From Rhizobiaceae bacterium (GTDB lineage Bacteria > Pseudomonadota > Alphaproteobacteria > Rhizobiales > Rhizobiaceae): a stretch of 64,000 bases of DNA. The stretch spans positions 2,616 through 66,615 of the forward strand of contig JAHDFS010000003.1 of the NCBI GenBank assembly GCA_020628035.1, given 5' to 3'. Made by a program: the position numbers and the translations under genes. Positions 30,443-41,074 of this stretch are shown in pieces. The notes beneath the pieces were generated by a model, which saw only the letters and a program-made list of their open reading frames with translations, had not been told where the DNA came from and did not search any database. How positions within the stretch are numbered: the first letter of the stretch is position 1; each line of letters opens with the position of its first letter.

Positions 30443-31552
30443 CTAGCTTTCTGCGCGGAAATGCTTGGAGAGTTTAAGACCCTGAGCCTGGTAATTGGAT
30501 TTAAGATCCGCACCATAAAGCGCGCTTGGTTTTTCCAGCATATGCTCATAGACCAAACGACCAACGATCTGTCCGTGCTCTAAAATAAACGGTACTTCAT
30601 GACTGCGCACTTCTAGCACCGCGCGACTGCCTGCACCACCCGCCGATGAATGACCAAAGCCGGGGTCAAAAAAGCCAGCATAATGCACCCGAAACTCGCC
30701 GACGAGCGGATCAAAGGGTGTCATTTCCGCTGCATAAAGTGGCGGCACATGCACAGCCTCTTGCGAGACGAGAATGTAAAATTCATCTGGATCTAAAATG
30801 AGCTCTGGTCGACCACGATTATATAGTGGCTCCCAAAAGTCATAGACATCTTGTGAAGCTTTTTTATCAACATCGACGACGCTTGTATGATGTTTACCGC
30901 GATAGCCAACAAGCGCACCTTCACCGGATCCCACCAGATCAATCGACATGCCAATACCGCCATCAGAAATGGATGGATTATCCGCGTCGTTTAGAACCTC
31001 TTTGTCGTGAAGTGCTGACACCTCATCAGAGCTTAACAGTGAATTACCTTTACGGAACCTGATCTGCGAAAGACGAGACCCAGTGCGTGCAACAATAGGG
31101 AAGGTGCGGGGGCTGACCTCCATCCACAATGGCCCATTATAGCCAGCTACAATCTTATCAAATTCAGGGCCATAGTCAGTCATCACGCGGGTGAAAATAT
31201 CAAGTCGCCCGGTGGAGCTTTTCGGATTTGCAGATGCGGAGATTTCAGCAGGCAATTTCAAGCTTTCTAAAAGCGGAACGATATAAACACAACCTGTTTC
31301 TAAAACTGCACCTTCAGTTAGATCAATTTCATGCAATTTCAATCGCTGGAGTTTTTCATCAACTGTGCTGTTGGGACCGGGTAGGAAACTCGCTCGGACG
31401 CGATAAGCTTTTTGGCCAAGCCTTAAATCGAGGCTCGCAGGCTGAATTTGATCTTCATCCAACGCCTTTGCGCTTAAAAGTTTACCGCTATCAAGAAGCT
31501 CTGAAATGAGCCTATCTGATAAAATTCCGGTTTCACGAACGCCGTTCGTCAT
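30443..31552 (-). CDS. dcd: 2'-deoxycytidine 5'-triphosphate deaminase (alphaproteobacterial two-domain type)
   Basis: QIQPASLDLRLG, ANPKSSTGRLD, HYAGFFDPGFG, SNYQAQGLKLSKHF. Confidence 0.92.
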   Translation of the reverse strand: MTNGVRETGILSDRLISELLDSGKLLSAKALDEDQIQPASLDLRLGQKAYRVRASFLPGPNSTVDEKLQRLKLHEIDLTEGAVLETGCVYIVPLLESLKLPAEISASANPKSSTGRLDIFTRVMTDYGPEFDKIVAGYNGPLWMEVSPRTFPIVARTGSRLSQIRFRKGNSLLSSDEVSALHDKEVLNDADNPSISDGGIGMSIDLVGSGEGALVGYRGKHHTSVVDVDKKASQDVYDFWEPLYNRGRPELILDPDEFYILVSQEAVHVPPLYAAEMTPFDPLVGEFRVHYAGFFDPGFGHSSAGGAGSRAVLEVRSHEVPFILEHGQIVGRLVYEHMLEKPSALYGADLKSNYQAQGLKLSKHFRAES

Positions 31553-31640
31553 ATCATCACCTAGTCATAAGTCATTTTTCGTCGGCTATTTCTTACAGCT
31601 CAAGTGAATTGACGCAAGTTTAACGACGTGATAATTGGTC

Positions 31641-31705
31641 CTTATCCCGTGGTGATTTGGCCGACCGGCTTGCAGCCACATAAAATAACTCGCTAAAAGG
31701 TCGTG
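31641..31705 (+). ncRNA. SAM-II (SAM-alpha) riboswitch
   Basis: CCCGTGGTGATTTGGCCGACCGGCTTGCAGCCACATAAAATAACTCGCTAAAAGGTCG matches the SAM-alpha pseudoknot consensus (GTGGTGATTT...TTGCAGCCAC...GCTAAA) and lies upstream of metZ. Confidence 0.92.
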
Positions 31706-31725
31706 CGTTCGAGAATAAACGTGTG

Positions 31726-31758
31726 AACCGGCTGGCGTGTGCAAGCCGGTTTTTTATT
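31726..31758 (+). terminator. intrinsic terminator in the metZ leader (riboswitch expression platform)
   Basis: AACCGGCT...AGCCGGTT followed by TTTTATT, between the aptamer and the metZ start. Confidence 0.75.
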
Positions 31759-31796
31759 GTCAGCTTGACTGGCAAAAGTTCATTGTTGGAAAGAAA

Positions 31797-32981
31797 ATGA
31801 CTGAGAAGAAAAAACTGCGACCCGCAACGCAATTGGTGCATTCAGGCACAACGCGTTCCCAATTTGGTGAAACCTCTGAAGCCTTATATTTAACCCAAGG
31901 CTATATCTATGAAAGCTCAGAATCCGCCCAGGCACGTTTCTTGGGAGAGGAAGAAGGCTTCATCTATTCAAGATATGCAAATCCAACGGTGGACATGCTT
32001 GAAAAACGGATGTGCGAGTTGGAAGGCGCAGAAGATGCTCGCGCAACAGCTTCTGGCATGGCTGCAGTGACAGCGGCTCTTATGTGTCAGGTGCAAGCTG
32101 GTGATCATGTGGTTGCTGCACGTGCGCTTTTTGGTTCATGCCGCTGGGTGGTTGAAAAACTCATGCCGAAATACGGTATTGAAACCACATTGGTTGATGG
32201 CACAGATTTGAAAAATTGGGAACAGGCCATTCGTCCCAATACCAAAATGATGTTCCTTGAAAGCCCGACTAATCCAACGCTTGAGGTCATTGATATTGCA
32301 GGCGTTGCAACGCTTGCCAATCAAATCGGAGCCAAGCTCGTCGTCGATAATGTGTTCGCCACCCCACTTTATCAAAAGCCATTAGAGCTCGGTGCACATA
32401 TTGTTGTTTATTCAACAACAAAACATGTCGACGGTCAGGGACGATGTTTGGGCGGTATGATTTTGTCGGATAAAGAATGGATCGATGAGCACCTACATGA
32501 TTATTACAGACATACAGGTCCTTCAATGTCTCCATTTAATGCTTGGACGATGCTCAAAGGCATGGAAACCCTATCGTTGCGTGTTGATCAACAGACAAGA
32601 AGCGCGGGCGCCGTCGCTGATTATTTAGCGGAGCATAGTGCGGTGAGCCGTGTGATTTATCCAGGACGCGCTGACCACCCGCAAGCTGATATTGTTGCAA
32701 AACAAATGAAAGCAGGTTCAACACTTGTCGCGTTTGAACTAAAGCGGGGCCAGCAGGCTGCCTTTAAGTTCCAAAATGCGCTGGATGTGATCAGCATCTC
32801 CAACAATTTGGGCGATTCAAAAAGTTTGATCACCCATCCTGCAACCACAACGCATAAAAACCTTGCTGAAGAAGATCGTGCTGAACTGGGTATCAACGAA
32901 GGTACAGTTCGCATTTCTATCGGGATTGAAGATGTGGATGATATTTTAGAAGATCTCGAGCAAGCACTTCAGAATATCTGA
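31797..32981 (+). CDS. metZ: O-succinylhomoserine sulfhydrylase
   Basis: YSRYANPT, ASGMAA, FLESPTNP, VDNVFATP, YSTTKHVDGQGR, NNLGDSKS. Start ATG 31797. Confidence 0.95.
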   Translation: MTEKKKLRPATQLVHSGTTRSQFGETSEALYLTQGYIYESSESAQARFLGEEEGFIYSRYANPTVDMLEKRMCELEGAEDARATASGMAAVTAALMCQVQAGDHVVAARALFGSCRWVVEKLMPKYGIETTLVDGTDLKNWEQAIRPNTKMMFLESPTNPTLEVIDIAGVATLANQIGAKLVVDNVFATPLYQKPLELGAHIVVYSTTKHVDGQGRCLGGMILSDKEWIDEHLHDYYRHTGPSMSPFNAWTMLKGMETLSLRVDQQTRSAGAVADYLAEHSAVSRVIYPGRADHPQADIVAKQMKAGSTLVAFELKRGQQAAFKFQNALDVISISNNLGDSKSLITHPATTTHKNLAEEDRAELGINEGTVRISIGIEDVDDILEDLEQALQNI

Positions 32982-33008
32982 GTTTAAAATACAAATAATC
33001 GTGTTGGC

Positions 33009-33623
33009 CTATTGTTGCGGTTTAAACGCGCTCCAGGCCAACACAATTCTTGAAAAAGCCGTATAAATACAAATGGCTGCGAAAATATGAGCGACAATTG
33101 CAAAATAAGCTGGGAATAGGCAGAAAATCGCAAAGGCGGCAAATGTTTCGGTTGCTTCAGCCAAACCTGTGGTAAAATAGATCGATTTCTCACCGCGGAC
33201 ATCTGTTTGTAAACGGTATTTTTCCGCCAAAATTGAATAAGCCAAAAAGCTTGCGCCATTGACGTAAAAGGCAAAGAGCAATACGGCACCTGCAATTGCG
33301 TTATTTGCTGGGTCATAAATGATAAAGGCCAGCGGAATTGCGCCATAAAAGGCAAAATCCAGCACAATATCTAAAAATCCGCCAAAATCGGAAGTCTGTG
33401 TGTGTCTGGCAACTGCTCCATCTAAGCCATCACCCAAGCGACTAAGCAGCAGTAAAATGAGCCCCGGGATCATATATCCAACAGCAATTAGCCCAGCGGA
33501 AATCATCCCGACAACAAAAGAGGTGAGCGTCACTGCATTCGCAGATGCGCCTTTGGTCGCCAAATAAGCGCCCATTTTGTCCAAATGCGGGTCCAAATAC
33601 CGTCTAGCTGTGCCATCTAACAT
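33009..33623 (-). CDS. CDP-alcohol phosphatidyltransferase family protein (YnjF-like)
   Basis: DGLDGAVAR...GGFLDIVLD signature; GLAEATET. Confidence 0.85.
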   Translation of the reverse strand: MLDGTARRYLDPHLDKMGAYLATKGASANAVTLTSFVVGMISAGLIAVGYMIPGLILLLLSRLGDGLDGAVARHTQTSDFGGFLDIVLDFAFYGAIPLAFIIYDPANNAIAGAVLLFAFYVNGASFLAYSILAEKYRLQTDVRGEKSIYFTTGLAEATETFAAFAIFCLFPAYFAIVAHIFAAICIYTAFSRIVLAWSAFKPQQ

Positions 33624-33787
33624 ATAATTGCCTCAAGATTTGCGACTTCTATTATAGACCGAATGCGTCAAGAGCAAATGACCAATTCTCAAAACTACGT
33701 TATTATTGATTATTTCCACGCTTGACCTTAGTTTCTGGCTATAGAATAAGGCGCATGTCTTTTGGGTATTAATATTGACGTTCGTGA

Positions 33788-34198
33788 ATGCAAATGGATG
33801 AAATGATGTATAGAGCCACAACACATGAAATCGAAGTTGCGGTGGAGCCTTTTTATATAGAAGAGCAATCGGATCCTGAAGATTCGCGTTATGTCTGGGG
33901 CTATCAGATAACTGTTATAAATCATTCAAACCGGCGTGTTCAACTGATCAATCGCTACTGGAACATCACCGATGGCAATGGTTTAATCGATGAGATCTCT
34001 GGCAAGGGCGTTGTTGGCGAAGAGCCCTATATTGATCCAGATGGCAGCTATGAATATTCTTCAGGTTGCCCGCTAGATACACCTTCTGGTATTATGTTCG
34101 GAACATATCAATTTCGGACGGATGATGGTGATTTATTTGATGTTGCCATTCCAGCATTTTCGTTGGATCTGCCCGACCAAAAAAGAGTGCTTAATTGA
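33788..34198 (+). CDS. apaG: ApaG protein
   Basis: [55 protein letters not shown]. Confidence 0.93.
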   Translation: MQMDEMMYRATTHEIEVAVEPFYIEEQSDPEDSRYVWGYQITVINHSNRRVQLINRYWNITDGNGLIDEISGKGVVGEEPYIDPDGSYEYSSGCPLDTPSGIMFGTYQFRTDDGDLFDVAIPAFSLDLPDQKRVLN

Positions 34199-35652
34199 AC
34201 AGCATAATCGACTTTAGACCAGTCGTATTGGTCACCGGAGTGCTGGTCATCACACTCGGTGCCTCCATGCTATTACCTGCCTTTGTGGATGCTGCTGTCG
34301 GCAATCCAGATTGGCAGGTTTTCGTCATTTCGTCAGGGCTAACTCTACTTGTTGGCTTGTTGATGTTTTTGTCGACACGCGGCATTCCAAAAGGTCTCTC
34401 CACCCGTCAGGCTTTGTTGATGACCGTGGTCGCTTGGACTGCGCTTGTCGCCTTTGGTGCTTTGCCATTTTTATGGTCGGGTGTGGTTGATAACTACACC
34501 GACGCGTTTTTTGAATCCATGTCGGGCCTCACAACAACAGGCGCGACGGTGATTACCGGGTTAGAAAGTGTTCCGCCGGGCATTTTGTTCTGGCGAGGGC
34601 TTTTGCAATGGCTTGGCGGTTTGGGTATCATCGTGATGGCGATTGCTGTACTTCCAATGCTGCAAATTGGTGGAATGCAGCTCTTTAAAGCCGAAGCTTT
34701 TGATACAGCTGAAAAAATATTGCCCAGAACGCGACAAATATCATCGTCAATCACTTTGGTCTTTATCGCAGTTACTGGCCTCTGCGCGATTTTATATGTG
34801 GTAGCCGGCATGGCTGTTGATGATGCGGTTATTCACGCAATGACCACCGTTGCCACTGGTGGCTTTTCAACCAAAGACGGATCCATCGGCCATTTCGATA
34901 GCGCAGCCATTGATACAGTTGCGATCATATTTATGATCCTGGGATCGATCCCGTTCATCCTTTATGTGCAAATGTTGCAAGGTCGCTATAAGCCACTCAT
35001 TCAGGACCTACAGGTTCGCGTGTTTTTAATGTTTGTGAGCTTTTGCATACTCATGGCGGTCATCATGGCCATTGTAAGCGGTTCCCATCAAGGGTTAGAA
35101 GCTTTTCGCTATGCCGCTTTTAATGTCGTTTCGATCATCACGGGCACCGGTTATGCCTCAACAGATTATGGCACTTGGGGACCGCAAGCGGTCACATTCT
35201 TTTTCCTCATCATGTTCGTTGGAGGATGCGCTGGATCGACCTCCTGTGGGATCAAGATTTTCAGATTTCAAGTCCTGTTTCAAGCGGTGAAAATGCATCT
35301 TAATCACGTCATGTATCCAAGTGGCGTGTTTAAACCAATGTTTAATAATCGCCCGATCCAAAAACATGTTATTTCATCGGTAATGGCCTTTTTCTTCTTA
35401 TTCATTGCCTCATTCATGGTGCTAGCTTTTGCACTCAAATTGACGGGGTTGGATACAACAACAGCGCTTTCAGGGGCTGGTTCCGCATTGGCAAATGTGG
35501 GACCTGGCTTGGGCGACATTATTGGTCCATCGGGGAATTATTCAGAATTAAGCGCCACAGCAAAATGGCTCTTGTCCGCAGGCATGCTGCTTGGGCGATT
35601 AGAATTGTTCACTTTGCTGGTAATATTTTTGCCAAGTTTTTGGCGAACATGA
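34195..35652 (+). CDS. trkH: Trk potassium uptake membrane protein
   Basis: [49 protein letters not shown]. Confidence 0.93.
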   Translation: MNSIIDFRPVVLVTGVLVITLGASMLLPAFVDAAVGNPDWQVFVISSGLTLLVGLLMFLSTRGIPKGLSTRQALLMTVVAWTALVAFGALPFLWSGVVDNYTDAFFESMSGLTTTGATVITGLESVPPGILFWRGLLQWLGGLGIIVMAIAVLPMLQIGGMQLFKAEAFDTAEKILPRTRQISSSITLVFIAVTGLCAILYVVAGMAVDDAVIHAMTTVATGGFSTKDGSIGHFDSAAIDTVAIIFMILGSIPFILYVQMLQGRYKPLIQDLQVRVFLMFVSFCILMAVIMAIVSGSHQGLEAFRYAAFNVVSIITGTGYASTDYGTWGPQAVTFFFLIMFVGGCAGSTSCGIKIFRFQVLFQAVKMHLNHVMYPSGVFKPMFNNRPIQKHVISSVMAFFFLFIASFMVLAFALKLTGLDTTTALSGAGSALANVGPGLGDIIGPSGNYSELSATAKWLLSAGMLLGRLELFTLLVIFLPSFWRT

Positions 35653-35713
35653 TATCACACGCGCTACAATTTGAATGTCGATTCGAATTATGGGCTGCAG
35701 ATAGGATATCACC

Positions 35714-37414
35714 ATGGACAAGCAAACAATTGCCAAACGTATTGATCAAGGTCGAGGCGTTGAAAAAGCAGATCTCGTTTTAAAAAACGGACAGTTTTAC
35801 GATCTGGTGACTGGCGAATTGGTTGCCGGAGACATCGCGATCTGCGGCGACATCATTGTCGGCACATGCGAGGAATATCATGGCGTGGTTGAAGTTGATA
35901 TTTCCGGCAAAATTGTTGTCCCTGGTTTTATCGACACACATCTGCATATTGAATCCTCTATGGTCACACCTTACGAATTTGACCGATGCGTGCTGCCCTA
36001 TGGTGTCACCACTGTGATCTGCGATCCGCATGAAATTGCCAATGTTGTTGGGATCAGCGGAATTGAATATTTCCTCAAATGCGCTGAAAACACCATTATG
36101 GATATTCGCGTTCAACTTTCCTCCTGTGTGCCGGCGACAGAAATGGAAACATCTGGGGCGCGATTGATCGCATCAGATTTAACCCCATATGCAGACCACC
36201 CTCAGGTCATTGGTCTGGCTGAATTTATGAACTATCCGGGCGTTCTTAACAAAGATGAAACTTGCCTTGATAAATTGGAAGCGTTTTCCGGTCGGCATAT
36301 TGATGGCCACGCCCCCTTGGTGCGCGGTTACGACATTAACGGCTATCTATCTGCGGGCATTTCAACTGATCACGAGACCACCACAGCGGATGAAGCTTTG
36401 GAAAAGCTTCGAAAAGGCATGCATATTCTGGTGCGTGAAGGATCAGTATCAAAAGATCTGCATGCGCTTGCGCCAATCATCACAGAGCGAAATTCTCCTT
36501 ATTTGGCGATTTGCACGGATGACAGAAATCCGCTTGATATCGCAGAACAAGGTCATCTTGATTATGTCATTCGAACCGCAATTGAACTGGGTTCTGATCA
36601 GTTCGCGATCTATCGCGCAGCGTCAATTTCAGCAGCAAAAGCGTTTGGATTAAAAGATCGAGGTTTGGTTGCGCCAGGCATGCGCGCTGATCTTGTGGTG
36701 CTCAATGATCTTAAAACCTGCGATATCGATCATGTTTATAGCGCAGGTCGTTTGGTGGAAGATAAACTGTTTGAAAAACGCAAACTTGTTGATCCCATCG
36801 GTCGCAATTCAGTTCAATCAAAAAAGCTAACTGCCAAATCTTTTGAAACCAGAACCAACAGCAATGAAGCGCATGTGATCGGCATTGTGCCGGGTAAGAT
36901 CATCACGCAGCATCTCACCTGCGAGATTATTGAGGGCAAAGCTGGGGATCAATCTGATCTTGAACGCGATCTGATTAAAATTGGCATCGTTGAACGCCAT
37001 GGCAAAAACGGCAATGTATCTGCCGGATTTGTCAATGGCTTTGGCTTGCAACGCGGCGCTATTGCGTCAACCGTGTGCCATGACCACCATAATATCGCAG
37101 TCGTTGGCGCCAATGATGATGATATGGCCGTTGCAGCCAATCGTTTGGTTGAACTTGAAGGTGGTTTTGTGGTCGTTGAAGACGGCGAAATTTTGGCCGA
37201 AGTTGCACTTCCCATTGCCGGATTAATGAGCCTTGAACCTTTTGAAAATGTCCGAGATCAACTCATCAAATTACGTGAGGCGGCAAAATCCTTAGGCGTT
37301 GTGCTTGAAGAGCCATTCCTGCAGCTCGCATTTTTGGCGCTGCCCGTCATTCCGCATTTGAAAATCACCGACCATGGATTGGTCGATGTTGATCGCTTCC
37401 AAATCCTATCCTAG
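35714..37414 (+). CDS. ade: adenine deaminase
   Basis: [36 protein letters not shown]. Confidence 0.93.
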   Translation: MDKQTIAKRIDQGRGVEKADLVLKNGQFYDLVTGELVAGDIAICGDIIVGTCEEYHGVVEVDISGKIVVPGFIDTHLHIESSMVTPYEFDRCVLPYGVTTVICDPHEIANVVGISGIEYFLKCAENTIMDIRVQLSSCVPATEMETSGARLIASDLTPYADHPQVIGLAEFMNYPGVLNKDETCLDKLEAFSGRHIDGHAPLVRGYDINGYLSAGISTDHETTTADEALEKLRKGMHILVREGSVSKDLHALAPIITERNSPYLAICTDDRNPLDIAEQGHLDYVIRTAIELGSDQFAIYRAASISAAKAFGLKDRGLVAPGMRADLVVLNDLKTCDIDHVYSAGRLVEDKLFEKRKLVDPIGRNSVQSKKLTAKSFETRTNSNEAHVIGIVPGKIITQHLTCEIIEGKAGDQSDLERDLIKIGIVERHGKNGNVSAGFVNGFGLQRGAIASTVCHDHHNIAVVGANDDDMAVAANRLVELEGGFVVVEDGEILAEVALPIAGLMSLEPFENVRDQLIKLREAAKSLGVVLEEPFLQLAFLALPVIPHLKITDHGLVDVDRFQILS

Positions 37415-37426
37415 GTAAGTCTTCGT

Positions 37427-40400
37427 CTATTCCGCAGGTGTGGTGGATGGGTTAGATAGTGAATTCCGTCGTTCGCGCATTTGTCCAAATATTGCAACCA
37501 GCGTGCGGCGGATATCATTGCCAACGCCAACCAATGCTGGGACGAGGAATAAGACCAAGAATGTTGAGAGCGCCAAGCCAAATACGATGGTGATTGCCAT
37601 TGGCAACAAGAATTGCGCTTGTCGGCTTGTTTCAAACAACAGCGGTAGCAATCCACCAATTGTGGTCAAAGACGTCAACATAACGGCCCGCAATCGATCC
37701 AAACTTGCGCCTATCGCAGCTTGGGCAAAATCATTGCCTTGTTTGATCCGTTCATTAAGCCGAGCGACCAGAATGATGGAGTCGTTGACCAGAATTCCGG
37801 ACAGGCCCAAAAGCCCGATGAAGGACAAAATGGTCAGCTTAAAGCCCATCAGCCAATGTCCGAACACAGCGCCTACAATGCCAAATGGGATGATGAGCAT
37901 CACCGCAATGGGGCTCCAATAACTGCCAAAGAACCAAGCAAGAATGATATAGATCACGGCAACCGCGATGATGGCACCAAGTTGAAGATCGGCAAAAGCA
38001 TTGCGTTGTTCCTCAGAGCGTCCACCGAAACTGTATGTCACATCATGTTTGGATGTGAGTGTTTCCAGTTCACCACCTGCAAGCAATGTTTCAATGACTT
38101 TATCCGTTGTCGATACTTCATCATCAATATCGCCAGAAACTGAGATCGTTGTTTTACCATCGCGCCTGCGGATCGATGCAAAGCCTTGTCGTTCACTTAA
38201 TGTGATGATCTCGGTCAATGGGACGAATTCACCGGAATTGCTTTTCACAGTAAGATTTCGCAGCGCCGCCATTCCATCTTCACGCTGAACAGCATCCACA
38301 CGCACGGTCACTTCATCATCGCCGCGCGCAAATCTAAATGGAATGCTGCCTTCAAAGGAATTCCTGATCTGACGGCCAACGCCATCGATTGTAAAGCCAA
38401 GCGCTGTGCCGAAAGGAGTAAGTTCCATGACAAGTTCTGGCTTACCATAGGGTAAGTTATCTTCAACACCGGATACGCCGGCAATTGTTGAGACAAGCTG
38501 CGCCACATCATTGGCTGCTGCTTTAAGCTGTTCAGAGCTGTCACCCTGCAGTCGAACCTCGATATCGCGACCAGGAGGACCACCTCGCGATTGCGCAATA
38601 GAAAAGCGGGTAATTCCGGCAATACGCGGTACACCGCTGCGCCAAGCACTGACGATATCATTCGTGCGCACAGATCTAAATTCAGATGCGGTGAGTTGAA
38701 CTTGAATACGCGCTTGAACGGCACCATTGCGGTTGGAAGCGCCATAGGTGGTAAAGATCGCGTTGACCAGTTTTTCGCTGTCGTCTGTTAATTTGTCATC
38801 TACCTCATGAAGCGCATTTTCATACGCTAGGATGGCTTTTTTGGCGGTGTCTTCCGGTAGACCGGCATTAAACACCACGATGCCCGTGATATTTTCAGCT
38901 TCCGGTGAGGGGAAGAAGACGAATTCCACCTTGCCACTGCGGATCAAACCAACAGCGAGAACCATGATCAATCCAACTGAGATCGCAATGGTCACATAGC
39001 GCCAATTATAGGAAAGCGTGACGATATAGCGAACCGGGTTGTCGCGAAACCAAGCAAATCCTTTATCAAAATTGCGGCGAAACCAACTGTCTTGGCTTTG
39101 CAATTCTGCCAGCTCTTCCGGAGATAATTTTGATGTTGCGCGCCAAATTTGAATCTCAGTAAAGGCTGCAATGATGATAGCTGCAATAAATGATCCGGCG
39201 ATATATTGCATGGGCGGTAAAGAAATTAGCGCACCAATGAAAGCACGAGTACCTTCAATCTCAAGCGTTGGATCTGTTGAAAGGTGATAAATGTTTGAAC
39301 CAATGACGAAGACTAAACCTAATATCAAAATCGTCACAACAGGTCTTAAAAGTTTGAGGTAAACATATTCAATAATGGTCGCAAGGCTAATCGCAACAAA
39401 GGCAGAAATTGCGGCACGCACATAATTTGGTTGATCAAACACCCACGCAAGTGGCGTTGTGCTTTCAGATGAACCATAGGTCAGACTAAGGCGGTTTAAG
39501 ACCGAAGCAGATGCTAATGTAAGAACCAGCGCGATGAAGAATTGTCGCCAATAAGACCAGCGTGCACCCCGATTTGCCTTAAGGGAATGCGCCAGGTGAC
39601 CCGGCAGAATGAAGAAACATTCAATTAAACTCGCGATCAAAACAGCTATCACAACATAGGGCAAAACACCCATAATTTGCCCGATCGTATCATTTATCAA
39701 TAGAATTGGGCTAAACGCTGCGAGCGTGGTCAACATGGCAGCCATAACCGGCGTCATCATCATGCCCACGCCATTTTCTGCCGCGGTGATATTATCGTCA
39801 CCCATTTCAAGGCGCGTATTGGTATGTTCACCCACCACAATGGCATCATCTACAATGATCCCGAGCATCATAATCAGCGCGAACAACGTGATCATGTTTA
39901 TCGTTTGTCCAATCACCAGCATAATGCCGACCGTTGCCAACAATGCGATGGGGATACCCGCAGCAACCCAAAATGCGATGCGTGCATTAAGAAAAATGAA
40001 CAGCATCAACACCACAATGATCAAACCGCCAAGCGCGTTTTTGACCAACAGCAATATGCGCTCCGATAGTGCTTCAGCAGAAACGCGATAAGTTGTTAGT
40101 TCGATATTATCTGGCAATTGAGGAGTTATTTCCTCAATATAGTCAAACAAAATCGCGGCCGTTTGCAGCGTGTCAGCGGTTGGAGCACGACGCACATCAA
40201 GCTCAATAGCGGCAAGATTTCCGCTTAATCCCTGGGTTTGGCTGTCATCGAATGTCTCATTGATTTTGGCAATGTCATTAAGCTTGATTTTCTCACCGGT
40301 TGGGAAGGATTTGACCTCAACATTGCCAATCGATTTCGTATCTCGTGCATTTGCCAGGGTGCGCAATTGGCGTTCAATATCGCCGGCAACATTTCCCGAC

Positions 40401-41071
40401 GGTAGATCGCGACTATTGCTGGCGATGATATTTGAAACCTCAGATACTGTCATCGACAGACGTCGCAGTTCGCGTTCTGGGATTGAAACAGCAATTTCTG
40501 GTGATCGCAGGCCGTTGAAATTGATCTTATCAATGCCGCGGTCGATCAAATCGTCTCTAATGCGCTTAGCCCAATCGCGTTTGGTTTGTTCCGACGCGGT
40601 CCCGCCAACAGAAAGGCGCGCAACGGCATCAAAAAATTGCGACCGACTAACAGTTGGCGTCTCAGCATCCTCGGGCAAATTGCCGATCGATTTAGCGGCA
40701 GCTTCCACATCAGCCAGCGCCTGCTGCATGTCTGTTCCCTCGGAAAATTCCAAGGTGATGGCACCATTTCCCTCAGACGCGGTGGACGTCATTTTATCAA
40801 CGCCATTAATAAAGCGTAACTCCGGTTCAGCCACCGCTAACACGTTGACCTCAACATCCTGCGCACTTGCACCCGGCCAAGAGATGATCACACCGATTGT
40901 GGGACGATCAACAGTGGGGAAAAATTGCGTATTGATTTTGGCAATGGCAAAGGCACCAAATATGATCATCAAGACCATGAGAAGATTGGCAGCATTTGGA
41001 TGGCGAATAAAGGTGCTGACCAGACCTGCCCAACCGCTTCTCACCTGTTCCATTCGGGACGTATCGTTCAT
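37427..41071 (-). CDS. RND efflux permease (AcrB/AcrF family) with extra transmembrane insertion
   Basis: AANLLM, LGIIVDDAIVVGE, GILVNDSI, RLRAVMLTSLTT. 1214 aa, with a hydrophobic insertion between the two halves. Confidence 0.9.
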   Translation of the reverse strand: MNDTSRMEQVRSGWAGLVSTFIRHPNAANLLMVLMIIFGAFAIAKINTQFFPTVDRPTIGVIISWPGASAQDVEVNVLAVAEPELRFINGVDKMTSTASEGNGAITLEFSEGTDMQQALADVEAAAKSIGNLPEDAETPTVSRSQFFDAVARLSVGGTASEQTKRDWAKRIRDDLIDRGIDKINFNGLRSPEIAVSIPERELRRLSMTVSEVSNIIASNSRDLPSGNVAGDIERQLRTLANARDTKSIGNVEVKSFPTGEKIKLNDIAKINETFDDSQTQGLSGNLAAIELDVRRAPTADTLQTAAILFDYIEEITPQLPDNIELTTYRVSAEALSERILLLVKNALGGLIIVVLMLFIFLNARIAFWVAAGIPIALLATVGIMLVIGQTINMITLFALIMMLGIIVDDAIVVGEHTNTRLEMGDDNITAAENGVGMMMTPVMAAMLTTLAAFSPILLINDTIGQIMGVLPYVVIAVLIASLIECFFILPGHLAHSLKANRGARWSYWRQFFIALVLTLASASVLNRLSLTYGSSESTTPLAWVFDQPNYVRAAISAFVAISLATIIEYVYLKLLRPVVTILILGLVFVIGSNIYHLSTDPTLEIEGTRAFIGALISLPPMQYIAGSFIAAIIIAAFTEIQIWRATSKLSPEELAELQSQDSWFRRNFDKGFAWFRDNPVRYIVTLSYNWRYVTIAISVGLIMVLAVGLIRSGKVEFVFFPSPEAENITGIVVFNAGLPEDTAKKAILAYENALHEVDDKLTDDSEKLVNAIFTTYGASNRNGAVQARIQVQLTASEFRSVRTNDIVSAWRSGVPRIAGITRFSIAQSRGGPPGRDIEVRLQGDSSEQLKAAANDVAQLVSTIAGVSGVEDNLPYGKPELVMELTPFGTALGFTIDGVGRQIRNSFEGSIPFRFARGDDEVTVRVDAVQREDGMAALRNLTVKSNSGEFVPLTEIITLSERQGFASIRRRDGKTTISVSGDIDDEVSTTDKVIETLLAGGELETLTSKHDVTYSFGGRSEEQRNAFADLQLGAIIAVAVIYIILAWFFGSYWSPIAVMLIIPFGIVGAVFGHWLMGFKLTILSFIGLLGLSGILVNDSIILVARLNERIKQGNDFAQAAIGASLDRLRAVMLTSLTTIGGLLPLLFETSRQAQFLLPMAITIVFGLALSTFLVLFLVPALVGVGNDIRRTLVAIFGQMRERRNSLSNPSTTPAE

Positions 41072-41074
41072 GAC

